From contig OZ316892.1 of NCBI GenBank assembly GCA_973895155.1, positions 17,784,357 to 17,848,356 on the forward strand: a DNA stretch of 64,000 nucleotides. Direction: 5' to 3'. This document shows, piece after piece, positions 39,022 to 52,259 of the stretch (position 1 is its first letter; each line of letters starts with the position of its first letter). The translations under genes and the position numbers were made by a program. The notes beneath the pieces were generated by a model. The model did no database searches, had not been told where the DNA came from, and was given only the letters and a program-made list of their open reading frames with translations. The DNA is from Marsupella aquatica. Taxonomy: Eukaryota; Plantae; Marchantiophyta.

Positions 39022-40362
39022 TTATATAGGAGAAGCTGGCACCTTCACGACCGTTACAGGGCAAGGAGCATTGTTGACTACGTAATTGCTCACACTGCCC
39101 AAAAACACCCTGTGACACAACAAGAAATCAGGGAGTATCAGTTAAAACCTGAGTCGGTGGCATGTAAGAGCGAAGAATATTAAGCTCTAACAACACCGAG
39201 AATTGGGTACTGTCAAACAAGTTCTTATCCATGATGAACACAAACCGTCTACTGCACATTCTTCAACCCAAAGATCACTAAGTTAAGCATCACGGTGAAT
39301 CGAACCAACAGGAGTAAGGCGAACGAAAGCGTACTTTTTAAGGCCACCCAGACCTCGACTTCCCATAACCAAAGCATCCAATGGGACCTCCACAATGGCA
39401 TCGACTAATTTTTCTCGTGCATCTCCATAATAAACTTTTCCAAAAACTGTCACCTAAAGAAGAAGAAAATTCATATATTAGTGACCTTTCCTGCACAGAT
39501 GAAGGATAAATGACGGTGATGTAGGCCACGTACGAAACGGTTGCTCTTCGGAAAACTAGAAATCTCTGCCAGTAAAATACATAATGTATTGTTGATTGAT
39601 AGTCAAAAGTCCTTCATGCTGAATGTATCAATTACCTCTAACCAAGAAGTTGAAGTGTGAGACAAGGAGCAGTGGAATTCTACAGTCTATGAACATTGAA
39701 ATCAGTGAAGGAATTTCGTCAACTGGATCGGGGAAAGCAAAGCAAATGAGGTACCGCTTTTGAAGCCAGAAATTTCTGAACACACTCGACAACTGCTGGG
39801 CTGACTGTTACGCCGTAGCGTTTCATCACACTTCCGTCACAAAAGTCGTGGAAGGGTATCAAAGCTGTGGAACCCACAAACGGTTAGACAACAAATCGCG
39901 GGGTTGTCTAATCCTTCCCAAACAACACGCTACTCTTTTCACATGTTGCATGCATATAGTTCGCCACGAAAATATTTTTAGCATACTCGGCAAATCCCAT
40001 CTTGACCCCCTCTCAAAGCTACCAGAGCCCTCTGTTATCTTTCAACTATTCCTTCAAAAAGAAAGATAAAGCAGACGAAAAGAAGTGGACAAAATTTATC
40101 TAATTATACTGACTTCACCCATGACCAATCCTAACATGCTCTTACTACTCTTCCTCAACGACCACCCAGAGGGTCAAGAAAACTCACGTGAACCATGACC
40201 AGCCCACAGATTTTCGATGCTCTCTACCTCGTCGGTTTTCTTTACGACCACCAGGAGAATCAGAGTATCACCATCCCTCAGAATGTTATCAAGACCCCAC
40301 TGGAGAGCGTAGTTGCTGCTTGGCGAGAAGTCCAGGGCCAATCCAAGCTGCCTAGTAGCCAT
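39022..40362 (-). CDS. Universal stress protein A-like (plant PHOS32/34 type), 4 exons
   Basis: Exons ~40362-40188, 39864-39757, 39453-39335, 39109-39022: MATRQLGLALDFSPSSNYALQW...GSPLIP...KVYYGDAREKLVDA...[35 protein letters not shown]. Confidence 0.93.
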
Positions 40363-40540
40363 TTTCGTCAAATCCCTTTGAGCAGTGACTAGACGAACCG
40401 CGCAGTTCAAGAGATGGACGTCGATGTGTACGCGAATAGGGTCAGCAGCCTGCACATGAAAAAAGTGGTGCATTAGACAAAACTCGCTTCACCCGCATAG
40501 CAAACCGCAAAAATGGCGATTAGCACAGACTCGGACAGTG

Positions 40541-40743
40541 AATCCCCTGTAAGAATGAATCGGCACGAATCCTACCTCGAATGAAAATATTTACTCAAGC
40601 AACTGTAACAAGAATCCCCTGTAAGCATGACTCGGCCCGAACCCTTCTCGACTAAAAGAGATTACTCAAGCAACTGGCACAGGTATACCCTGTACGATGA
40701 ATCAGCACGCATCCATCGCGACTAAAAGTACTTACTCAAGCAT
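40541..40743. repeat. Three diverged ~70-bp tandem units upstream of the USP start codon
   Basis: ccctgta..atga.tc.gc.cg....cga.t.aaa...ttactcaagca repeated three times. Confidence 0.8.
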
Positions 40744-43700
40744 CTAGAGCTTCACGAGAAAGAAGAGACATCCACAGTTTCGAGAAAGGAAGTGAGAGGA
40801 ACGACGCTATTTCAGAATCTCTGTCTCTCGTTAAGAGATGGACGAGCAAAGGACAGGCTAATACCTACCGCAATGGACAAGACTCCCCAAGGACTTGACA
40901 AGTGTTTCCAATATTGCAAGTGGCATATTGACAAAGCACGAGGATCGGAACAGCAAGCGCTCTGATGATGAAGGCCAAAGGAGAACTCCCTCAGAGCCAG
41001 CCAGCGTGCGCAAGCAGACAAGTCGGAGGCCGTCCTTTTACGGTGATCCACCGGACAAGTCGTCTGATGTCAGCAAAAGAAAACCTACCCGGTTCTAAGG
41101 GAATCCAAGGAGCCAGTAGAATGGACTCCGCTCCGAAGATGTCAGCAAGTCACAAAAGGATTTCGATCCTCAACGAAAACTCTGCGAAACATTGTCAATA
41201 AAATCGACCGATGGAAGAGAGGAGGACAACGACGAGGAACTCACCAAAAGCCGGCAATCTTGTAAAAGCTCGTGTGAGACACTCTTTCCTGTCACTCGTC
41301 AGATTGAAATAACGTCAAATGGTTACACCCTGTGGAGGAAAGGAAATACCGCAGTCGCGAGGCACTGCTATGATTCTGGCCGTATGGTATCAACGAATGT
41401 CTACAATCGCTCAATTTCTGGAGGCAAGCACAATTTCTGGAGGCAAAGAGGAGGCACAAGATAAACTACTGCCACAACTCTAGAATCCAGATGTGAATAC
41501 GCGTAGTTAGCAATGGCCAGTGGATTGAACGGTACGGAAACACCCCAATAGGTAAGAAAATAGTACTGGGCAATTCGCATTGGAAGAAGAGGAGCAAGCC
41601 TTCGAAGACTGATAACCGGCCAGTCAGCGGAAGGGTAGACCCGGAACTCGCAAAGATTACGGCAACGGCAACCTCAAGGGGATAGGCCGGAATCCCTCTT
41701 CGGGAAACAACCCTCGGAACCAGTCTGGCCCGAAGTATTCATCAGACACGCAGAAAGGCCGCGGGACCCATTCGGCTGATCTCTGTTTTTCGTTATCTCC
41801 GCGTACTGGGGTTCTCTTTCCGTGTCAATGAAGGGAGGGGTCGTCAAACTGTTCTTCGTAATCTCGGGGTCCCACCTATCAGATTCTCGGTCCTAGCTGG
41901 CTAGATATAGATAGGCTGCCAAAGGGCAGTACCGTAGCAGCAGCTCGGCCTAGCCTAAATTAATTTCGTGCTTGTTCCAATCAATCCACCAGTAATCTCT
42001 CAGGTTTCCTAAAATGTCCAGAAATTACTCGGCCACGTCTCAATCTTCAGCCGTAAGGAAATGTAAGTCCCTACTGTAGTCCTTCGACCTTTATTTTTCC
42101 ACACCACTCGAAAGAGAAATGCAAACGGTTCGAAAATAGTGGAGTGACGTGCAGAACTCCTCCGCTAACCCCCGTTTCAACAACCATAACACTAACACTT
42201 GAGCAGACAATCTAATCTCCGAAATTCTGTCTCTAGAATGTCAGACAGAACTGAGGTTATGTATTAATACCATGCACCGCCGATGTGACACTACCGTATT
42301 TAATCCCTCGTGATCACTCTATTCGGACAGATCTGTACAGCAACTAACCAGTCTGTCTTTCCGTCCTGGGAACCACCTGGAAATCGGACGGGATTTGCTA
42401 TTTCTCGGACAAGTAATGCAAAATAATCCGCCTTACTAGTGTCAAGTCGACAAAGTAAAGCTACGCGTGAGACTTATGCAGCGTTGTCCTCTGACCCAGC
42501 GATACGGACGCAACTTGTCAACGTACACTAAGCGTAAAAGTGGAGGAACAGTGAATTTCTATACATTTTAATCGACGCGTAGTGTCGATTTTCAGTATCA
42601 TATAATACAGTGTGCCTAGCCTAGTAATGAACCAGTACTTGACAAGTTTCCGAATTCTTTTTGATCGAGCAAGAAGTCGCAGAGAAGCAGGTGGCCTCCA
42701 TAATTGTTACCATCGACGGGAACGAAGATGCTACTGGAAACACGTGTAAGCATAGAGAGCTTCCTGTTGCGGTAGTCATACACTGTATCTGGAGCTTTCT
42801 CTCCGGCGGCCTTATCAATCTCGTTGCACGCAATCGCTTTCGCACGGTCCCCGTCATCTACAACCTACTCAAAGTAAAGTGATTAGTTTAAAAAAACCGG
42901 AAATTAAATTCAGTGAATAATCCCTCGCAGGAATGGAGACTCCAAAAGACCATACGAAATTGAGAAGCAGCACCATTTCTGAGGCAGATCCAACTACAGT
43001 CTCAATTCACTGCTCCTTAGTATGATATCCACAAATCGTGCAGAATGCTCAATTCTTGATCTCAATTACAAGTTGTCGTCTCTCACCCGAGTGAATGCTG
43101 CAGCAAGACAAGTTTCTCGTGGTCCACCTTTCCACTGTGCCTAGGGAGGACAATGAAGCACGCATGTGGTGTCAGGCAAAAATTCCGTAGAGGATTGAGC
43201 GGCGAAAAGTGTGACATGGATGCCTCAAAGTACTCGTCGACAGAGTCACACTGTCGCTTTTTAATATGGGACTTCCTTTCCACTGCGACCGCACTCACCT
43301 CCTGCCTGGGGGCGGAGACACCTTTCGAAACGAGAATTTCAGTCTGCAAAGAATCGAACTCTCCGGAATGGGACAAGCAATCAATTATCCTGAGTTTCCG
43401 GCAGGATCAATCCTTAGAGTTCTGGTTCAGATAACTTGATCACACTCTACGCAAGGAGCAACTGTACCATGGACGACTCTCCCCTACGCTCATGCAACTA
43501 GAATAATCGAATGCATTTTGCTTCCGGGGAATAGTGTGGAGAAAGACGCAGTGAGAACTCTGGGGTAGAGCGGAGAGCAGCGGGTATGGCATGTTGGACA
43601 TGGCGGAACACGATTTTCACGATTTTGACGGTGACCTCTCGATTTAAAACCATCAACGGAACCGCCTCTGAAAGGGCTGCAAGGTGATTACAATTTGGAA

Positions 43701-43937
43701 TTGGTTTCCGGGAGCTTCGCATATCCGGCAGCCTGTTTTCTTCACATCGATACTCGCTATCGCGGTTTCCTTCCGCTTGTCGATGACTCTGTCTGCTCGC
43801 CATTCTGCCTGGCTTGTCAGTATCGTTCTCGTCATCCCATCCATTGTTCATTTCTGGCAAGCTTTTACGTAGATCTTATCCATTGTACATTGTCTCATTC
43901 TCACCATTATACTGCCAATCATCATTTTGTTCACAGC

Positions 43938-44210
43938 TTTTCCACAGACTTCAAATGCTCTGCTTCACCTCTGTCTCACGGAATTCATCGATACACAATC
44001 CCTTACGGTGCATAATTATTTGTACCGCGTTCACAACTTTTCCAGACTTCAAGTGCTCTGCCTCAACACTGTCTCACGGAATTCATCGCACAATCCGTAA
44101 CAAAGTAACAAATCTCAGGTGTAATTATGGGGACAACTTTTCCACAGATTGCAAGTGCTCTGCTTCACCACTGACTCACGGAATTCGTCGACACACAATT
44201 CCTTACGGAT
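43938..44210. repeat. Three ~100-bp diverged direct repeats
   Basis: tttccacaga.t.caa.tgctctgc.tca....tg.ctcacggaattc.tcg at ~43938, 44038 and 44138. Confidence 0.85.
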
Positions 44211-44374
44211 CTCATGCGCATAAACATGTGTACGGTGTACCATTGAGCTAAATAAATAGAGCTCCTTCGAAAAATGTCGATCCTCTGCTCCCATCAGTCT
44301 TCGTTCTTCTTGTCAAGACTCTGTACCCCTTTGTTAATTTTTCTTGATTTTTGGGGGTTTCATTTGCCCTTTTC

Positions 44375-44830
44375 TTCTGACTTTGGAGTTTTGTCTTCTA
44401 GTCAATCTCCATGGACTTCTTCTGAGTTTGGAGTTTTGTCTTCTAGTCAAATTCCTCAGCATAACCCTCCTATGCTGTTTACCCCGAGTTCTGAGTTTAG
44501 TGTTTGCCTTCTAGTCAAATTCCTCGGCATAACCCTCCTATGCTGTTTACCCCAAATTCTAAGTTTGGTGTTTGTCTTCTAGTCAAATTCCACGGCATAA
44601 CCTTCCTATGGTGTTTATCTGGGAGTTCTGAGTTTGGTGTTTGTCTGTTAGTCAAATCCCTCTGTGTGACCCTCCTATGCAGTTTACCCGGGAGTTCTGA
44701 GTTTGGTGTTTGTCTTCTAGTCAAATTCCTCTGCATGACCCTCCTATGCAGTCTACTAGGAGTTCTGAGTTTGGTGTTTGTCGTCTAGTCAAATACCTTG
44801 GCATGACCCTCCTATGCCCTTTACCCAAGA
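44375..44830. repeat. ~69-bp minisatellite, about 7 copies
   Basis: ttctgagtttggtgtttgtcttctagtcaaattcct..gcat.accctcctatg..gtttaccc units. Confidence 0.9.
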
Positions 44831-47166
44831 CTTCAACTAGGTTTGTCAGTTTGCCAATCACTATAGGTTGAGGTTTTTAGTTTTTGGTTGTTGTAGGGGA
44901 CTTTTGCTAGGGACTTACAGGCTTCTCTCTTTATGGCCTCTACATTTCTTGGCCTCTACTTTTCTTGGCTTTGACCAATTCATGTTTCTGTTTTACACTA
45001 TATGCAAATTACTATTGCATTGGGAGTCCGAACTACAGTATGTTCAGAGCATTTACAAGAGTCCTGAAAAATGACCAGTCCTCAACTATATCACAGCAAT
45101 AATAGCACTCCTTGCCTCAGAAATTGAAATTTTTCACCCCCATCTTATTCCATTTAAGTCATCAGAATCTACCTGGCCTGCCACTTCAGGGCTTGCGTAG
45201 CTGGCGCCATCGTGACCTCCTTCATACTCACTACCAGCTTAAATATATTTGTATTTACAAGATGGGCTCTCCATATCCCAGGAGTCACTACTCACAAGCG
45301 TATTCTATCATTATCAACATTGTCTGCTACCATAGAAATCACGCCCTATGGCTTCACTCTAAAGATTAGGTATGAGCTGTGGACTTCAAACTCAAATTAT
45401 AGTATGAATTCAAATCAATATTATATTTCCATGCTTCTCAAAAAGATGGATGATCTAAGGGCTCACCCTAGGGGGTTCTCATATCTTGTGCACCATTTTG
45501 GGGTAATAAACATTGGGGATGGACGTACATTGTTATTTATATTCCATTTGGCCCCTCTCCATGTCCATGATGCTTTCAATGTGTAATAAATCTCAGGGGC
45601 AACCAACTGGTTGTGGTCAATTGGCCAGAGGATGAGCCTAGAACTGAGAGGTCCCAGGTTCCACCCCCTCCCCTCCACATGCACGGGCTGTGGAGGGTGT
45701 GTGTGTGTGAGTCGGATGTAGTGGTAGGTGTAGTTTTTCTTCTCAACCCTGGCGTGTCTGCTTTAGGCTCTGGTTCAACCCTCCCTCCTGGTTCTGGGTA
45801 TGACCCCCCTTGTGGGCTACCCTACAAAGGTGCATGCTCCGGAGTTGATGTCTATCTTCTGTTGGATGAGTCAGCGTTTGGTTTTCAAGGCAAAGAAATA
45901 AACTTCAGGGGTAAACTCTGACCTGATGGCCCAACATGCACATGCAATGCCCTGAAAATGTGCCCAATACCAGACAGTATGCAATTGACATAACCAATGA
46001 GAATGCTCATAATTGGGCTGCTACAAATTCCATACTTTTTTGGCAATTCATGTTGTGTTCAACTTTATTGACTAATTTTGATAACCTAGATCCACCATCT
46101 GCCAGGTTTTGCTTCACGGGTAGTGGCGGTTTAATTGTAGAATGCACCTAGAGCCAACTTGCATGTGGGCAAACTTCATTTTCCAGCCCTTTAACTTAAA
46201 CCACAAATCATACTACAAGTACTCCGGGTGACCCGGAGTAGACATAACAAAAACGCGACATTCGCATTTGTGGACGGGCGCCCGTCGCCAGCCCTTCGAT
46301 CGAAGCTTGCAAAAATCTTATCCGTCCACCAAATGACCCGATCCACGGTTCAAATTCAAGATCTCTTCAAGATCTACGTATACAAAAAAACCAGGATTAA
46401 AAATGATAAAAAATAAGAAAGAAAATTGTGAAAAACAAATTCAGTGTTCTGATTGGCAGAGCCACAAATTCAAATTTGAAAAGTTTCGGGCAGGTCGGGC
46501 AGGGGACATCTGGCCTGCGGAAAATGCCTGTGGCAGGGCTCCTTCGCGGGTGCGGCCAGGCTCTCATATGGTCGGGCAGCACAGGCCTTTGTTGTGTGGG
46601 ACATCCGGCCAAAGAGGGCCCCGGCCCTGCCCTTGTGGGCCTGAGCGGCCTTCATTAGTTTAATTATAGTTTTCGCTTTGCTATTTTCGAAGATTTCCCC
46701 CTAGCATTTCGGTTCAAACTCCTGCCTGTGTACTTGAGGTCTCAGGTTCAAAACTTGCAAGTGTCCTCTGTGTGACTTGTACCTTTTTGGCAGCTGCAGT
46801 GTGCGCTGCCCTATGTGGGTGGCGGAAAAAATTTTGCAACGTGAGTTGGCGCGGCGGCTGGTTAGGGAACGTGTTAGGGTTACTAATAAAAATGCTTTGG
46901 ACGACCAGGATCTAAGGGGATGTAGCCAATGGGGAAGAGGGGTAGAGGGCTGGCAGGGGGCAAAGAGCCTGTGTGCTTGCATTCAGGCCTCATTGTCCTC
47001 CCCAAATTTTTATTCTCACCTCTTACTACCTTTCTACTTGTGTTCAACTTGAGGTTTTTTGGTGCAACTTTGTAGTTGCTTGCCGGGTTGGACTTGGCAT
47101 CCGGTCTCCGTTCTCCGTTTAGAGCTTGTAGGTTTTTTTTTAGTGTAGGTTTTAGGATAGGCTAGT

Positions 47167-50100
47167 ATGAGTATGCCGGGTCACCCCCCCCCCTCTTCCG
47201 GATGGGAGGCGGAAACGCCCCCCATAGGGTGGTGGTCCACCAAGGCAGCGATATCCGAGTGATGACATCGATTACAAGAAGAGGCGGAGACCGGATGCCA
47301 AGCCCGAAATCCGGGTCCCACTTGACCGGTGGGATGAGTGGGAGGACCTTAGAGCTCTACTTGGACAGGATACGACCCACTCTACTGTGGTCACATGGTT
47401 ACTTGATCGTGCACGGCCTATAGTTCAGGAGCTTCGGGTATGGCGAGCAGCTGAGCCCGCTCCAATTCCACCCGAGGCTATGCCTTCGCCCACAAGTGGT
47501 CAGCACATGGGTCAGGCTTCACAGTCATCACTTCAGGTGGGAACCTCCTTTCATTTACTCAATATTTGCCCATTTTAGCAATTCATTTTGGCCCTTTGTA
47601 TAAACCCATTGATTTAGGCTTATCCTGTACTATGCTTCTTATTTGAAACATAAATAATAAATCACATCTGAAGGAAAATGAAAGTCTCCCATTGTACCAA
47701 GAAGCATAATTATTTATATTTGAATATATAAACCCTTCATTGAAGCTCGTGCTGTATTGTAATTTCTATTTGACGCAAAAATTTAGTAAACCTGATTAGG
47801 TCAGGTATTAGGGTACTCAAGGGTCATAATAAACAAGCACATGTATTTATATTTGAATATATAAACCCTTCATTGAAGCTCGTGCTGGATTGTAATTTCT
47901 ATTTGAAACAAAAATTTAGTAAACCTGATTAGGTCAGGTATTAGGGTACTCAAGGGTCATAATAAATAAGCACATGTATTTATATTTGAATATATAAACC
48001 CTTCATTGAAGCTCGTGCTGTATTGTAATTTCTATTTGAAACAAAAATTTAGTAAACCTGATTAGGTCAGGTATTAGGGTACTCAAGGGTCATAATAAAC
48101 AAGCACATATATTTATATTTGAATATATAAACCCTTCATTGAAGCTCGTGCTGTATTGTAATTGTCAGGTTTGTGTTTATTGAAGAAAATTGGCTTCAAT
48201 AACCCTCCACCAATATGGTCAATAATTATTGGTCAAACTCTACCTTAGGATTTATTGTAACCATATTTGTGGAGTATTTATTTTTGTATAATCCCAACAT
48301 TGTCTTCCAGGATGCACTACTCGAAGACGATGTTGTCTTAGACGAGAATATTGCAGAGCAATATGGATCAGATGCAGAAGATGAATCCATGTATCGGGAT
48401 GATGATCCAGATGTTGTTGCAGCTTTAGGAGCTGACCACATTGGGGATGGGGATACCTTCCAGGTTTGAGCTCTTTCACATTATCCAAGGCTTCCCATTA
48501 CAATTTTGCAATTGTTGAGACACAATCTTTAATTCATATCCGTGACATTTTTTACAGGAGTTGTTCATCGTCCCCGATTCCCAGACGTCTCGACCTTCTC
48601 CAGATGTAGACCCTCAGCCATCTCCAGAGGCCAATGATCAGCCATCCCGGGTTGCAGACTCTCAGGCATCTCGCGCACCTGACTCTCAGCCGTTACGACC
48701 TCCCGACGCACTCCCGACTCGTAGAACGAGCCCTCGTGTACCAGCCAGGGTAGCATTTTTTGATCGCAACTTGTTGGGTACTTTTGTTGACAGGCTACTA
48801 CCCCGGTGTCATATACATGCATGTCCTCGGATCCCAAGAGTTGAGCGAGTGTCCGAGTTGCATCAGTTGTGGTCTATTCATATTGGTTGTGGAGAGGATG
48901 GACGTGGCTGGACTTTTGTTACGGGTGACAATGAGCCTGGGAGGAGTTCGCCTATGATTACCCCTCAGTTGTATCATTCCACCCTTTGTGCTGGCCTCAC
49001 CTATACCTCCTTGGCTGCTGTTGCCGCGTATCTTGGATTACATGTCCCCACTGCAGCTCATTGGCATGACTTTCAGAGTGGTCGTGGTCATCCTCGGGGT
49101 GGATGGATAGCAGCTGTGAGACAGCAATGGGAAGAAAACAAAAGGCATATGTGGCAGCAATTGAGGGATACTATTCAGCAGAGGCGAGCAACTGAGACTA
49201 GTAAGTAATTTATTTTACCCTCTTTCACTTTCTCTAGTTACTCAAGGATCAAAGTCTTATTGGGTCTTGATGAGTTTTGATTCTAATAGTTACTATATGC
49301 ATTGGTTATGACAGACCCTGGGTTAGTAGTGTATTTGGATACTCGATGGGATTCTTCTCGGAGCGGTTATCATGGTACCACCTCTATTTTGAGCATGGAA
49401 GATAATAGGGTAATTGAGATGGTCACAATTACTAGAAGAGAGGAGAGAAATGCTTGGCACATGGAGGACAAGGGTACTCAGAGGGCATTGGATAATCTGA
49501 GAGAGGCTGACATTTCTATCATAGAGGTTATCCATGATGACAAAGCCACTATTGATAATATTGTGGAGGACATGGAGATTAGGAACCAGAAGGACTTGTG
49601 GCACAAGGCCAAAAACCTTGTCAAGAAGTTTGTGGAGAAGATGGTGAGCGCCACATATACTGTGACTATTGACATTGATACTGCCGCATCCCGTTCTGAG
49701 TTGCAAGCAGTAACCGCTAAGAGATTACAGGATTGGCTCAAGGCACGGGGAGTGAGAGGGTATTCAACCCTTAGGAAGGAAGCACTTATTCACAAAGTTG
49801 GCGACATGCGTGGATTGCCTCTAGGTGAACTAGTACATATTCCGACACGTGGTCTCAAGTACCCAGAGTTGTCTCAGCACAACATTGCCACAAAGTTCAA
49901 GACCTGGTTTTATGTATGTTGTCGACGATGTAAGAGCAGGTATTTACAATGTTCATGTTTGGCGACTTTTCAATTTGATATAATGTGTAAATACTAATGT
50001 TGGTTTGGTTTGGGTTTATTTTACCCTAATTGACTATAGAATGTTCAATATGCAGTGGGGGGACGCTGCATCTCTGGCCTTCGAGTTGAGCAATTGTGGT

Positions 50101-50668
50101 GATCATTGGGCCGGGGATCATAGTTTATGTGCGAGATTATCTGACAGACCTTGTCAACATCTTGAGGAAGCAGAAGCTATCCAGCTTGACCATTACTATG
50201 CAAGAGGTAAGTAATTTAATTTGTGACCTCCTTTTGTGACTTATGTCACATGTTAGCATGATTGAACTTCCATGCATGACTTTTTTATTGAATTTTTGTA
50301 CTTTGTGCATGTAGGTGGGGAGACTCACAAGGCAATGCAAAAGTTCATGAAAAAATACATTACTCCTGCGACGATGAGGTTTTATACCATGGCCCGGGAG
50401 AATTTCATGTCAGAGACCTACCATTCCGTCATGGGCAAGTATGCCACCAAGCGTATTCATTTTCGGCAAGCCATGAGGCCCGTTTGTGTTGTGCTGCCAT
50501 GGATTGGAACGAGAATATAAGAAGACATGTTTGGAAGGTATATGATCGCAGACTTGTGAATACAAGTGTCAGAGAGCGTCCTCCTCGAACACGAGTATTG
50601 GTGGATCGCACCACTAGTTGGAAGGACACAACAAGTGAACGCATTTATGGTGTGACAAGTCCATGAGG
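47167..50668 (+). pseudogene. Spliced Kolobok-type DDE transposase with few lesions
   Basis: Exons ~47167-47536, 48311-48463, 48558-49200, 49315-~49912/49939, 50056-50206, 50315-50668 with GT-AG sites. Motifs: LDTRWDSSRSGYHGT (D1), HMEDKG, IHDDK (D2), KDLWHKAK (DxxH), HWAGDHSLC, SETYHSVMGKYATKRIHF (E), ARLCCAAMDWNEN. Lesions: C-run frameshift ~47190, TAG ~47225, 1-nt loss ~50462. Confidence 0.8.
47712..48163. repeat. 133-bp tandem repeat, 3.4 copies, in transposase intron 1
   Basis: Near-identical units start at 47712, 47845, 47978 and 48111. Confidence 0.95.
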
Positions 50669-51162
50669 TAAGACACTCCTCCATAAATATGATTGCAAGC
50701 ATAAAATGTAAGGATAGGGTATGTTTGAGGTAATTCTAATTACAAATTGTTTTTTTGCAGGATGATTTCATGTCATCCTAGATGCTCAGACATTACCACC
50801 CAAGTACTTTCTCTCTATAAGATCAGCGTACATATGGAGTAACACCTCCATATATGACCTCGGCTAACATACCTCATGTGAGTGAAAATTGTGACTTATT
50901 CTTTCTGGAAACAATTCATTGTAGTGTGAAAATTTGTCATTTTGTGTACCTCAATGCTAATTTTATTGTTTACCATTGCAGGGGTGATTTCCTTGAGGAG
51001 GGCTGAGACCTGGCACCACTTGTATTTCATCCTTTTTGCATGGATAGTGTTAGCAATCCGGACTTGGGGGTACCCTATTACTATCAACTTGGAATGCTAT
51101 GCCAAAATTTCAAACTTTTATAAATTATGTTTTTCGTCAATTTTTTTCATACCATGCCCAAA

Positions 51163-51540
51163 CAGTCTTATAACCTGGGCACCAAGTGAGGGAATGAGAA
51201 AAGTTTAGAAGTGGAGCACCAAGCGAGGGAATGAGTAAAGTTTGTGGTTATTGAATGACAGTCTTATAACCTGGGCAACAAGTGAGGGAATGAGAAAAGT
51301 TTAGAAGTGGAGCACCAAGCGAGGGAATGAGTAAAGTTTGTGGTTATTGAATGACATATGGCATTTTTGGGCAGCTTTGAGAGGTAGTAATCATCTGGGT
51401 CCCTTTGCCAACCTAGTGATGGAATGAGAAAAGTTTAGAAGTGGAGCACCAAAGTGAGGGAATGAGTAAAGTTTGTGGTTGACATATGGCATTTCTGGCC
51501 GCTTTGAGAGGTAGTATCATTTGGGTCCCTTTGGCAACCT
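51163..51540. repeat. Internal ~97-bp repeats between the two transposon genes
   Basis: ggaatgagaaaagtttagaagtggagcaccaa..gggaatgagtaaagtttgtggtt occurs three times. Confidence 0.9.
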
Positions 51541-51860
51541 TGTCTCATTTTGGTTTCATTGAATATGTCAACATCTGAAGGGAATTGATCTTTTCATGCT
51601 GCCAAACAAAAGCAAGAGTTGTCTCCCTGTAACAGGTGCAATTGTGATGCACAATATTTCAAACAAGAGTTCTCCTCCTGGAAAAATTGCAATTGTGGTA
51701 CTCTAACCCATGTCTAACCCATAGCCATGTACTCCCAAGGGGAATTGAACCCCTTTTGCTGCCAACCAGCAGGAGTTATACTCTGCAAATAGTTTATTAG
51801 TAGATATTGGCAGAAATTTCAAACAAATGTGAAACATATATAGCAGAAGCCTGTGTACTC

Positions 51861-52259
51861 CTAATTTGGAATAAATCCTACAAATTCCTCCCCTTCATCA
51901 TGCCAAGTCGCCTTCACACAAGCTTCAACAGCTTCGGGAAACTTGGTTCTATCAGAAAACCCTGCTATGTAAGCCAAGTGAGTGTAGACCTGAAATCTTT
52001 TCCTTCTCATGACAGTTTCAGCATAACTGTATGCTGCGCACATGATAAATTGTTCAATCGGGACTACAGGATTGAGATCCATGTGACACTCTGAAATTGT
52101 AGTAGAGAATTCAGGAAAATCAGCTTGGACTTGTTCCAATGTGACAGTCCGGACAATAGGTGGAGCATCGCCAACATCAGCAGGATCCTGCCAACTCAAG
52201 GTGTAGGTCCCATTGTCATGTTCAGTCAATGTGGCTCTCAACTTTCGAATTGGTGCCAT
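51861..52259 (-). CDS. KolX-like accessory protein (P2X7 C-terminal-like tail motif), 132 aa
   Basis: Intact ORF from ATG 52259, ending RKRFQVYTHLAYIAGFSDRTKFPEAVEACVKATWHDEGEEFVGF, which fits the R..AY..F....G...R..LP.CV...IR..FP.....YVGF pattern. Convergent with the transposase. Confidence 0.65.
   Translation of the reverse strand: MAPIRKLRATLTEHDNGTYTLSWQDPADVGDAPPIVRTVTLEQVQADFPEFSTTISECHMDLNPVVPIEQFIMCAAYSYAETVMRRKRFQVYTHLAYIAGFSDRTKFPEAVEACVKATWHDEGEEFVGFIPN

Noticed and set aside
44375-44830. CRISPR-like look of regularly spaced repeats (also 47712-48163 and 61270-62135)
   Set aside because: Whole units repeat with no unique spacers, there are no cas genes, and the context is eukaryotic.
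46185-46194. CCCT|TTAA as a canonical Kolobok end
   Set aside because: Faces away from the transposase, and I found no matching TTAA|AGGG partner nearby.
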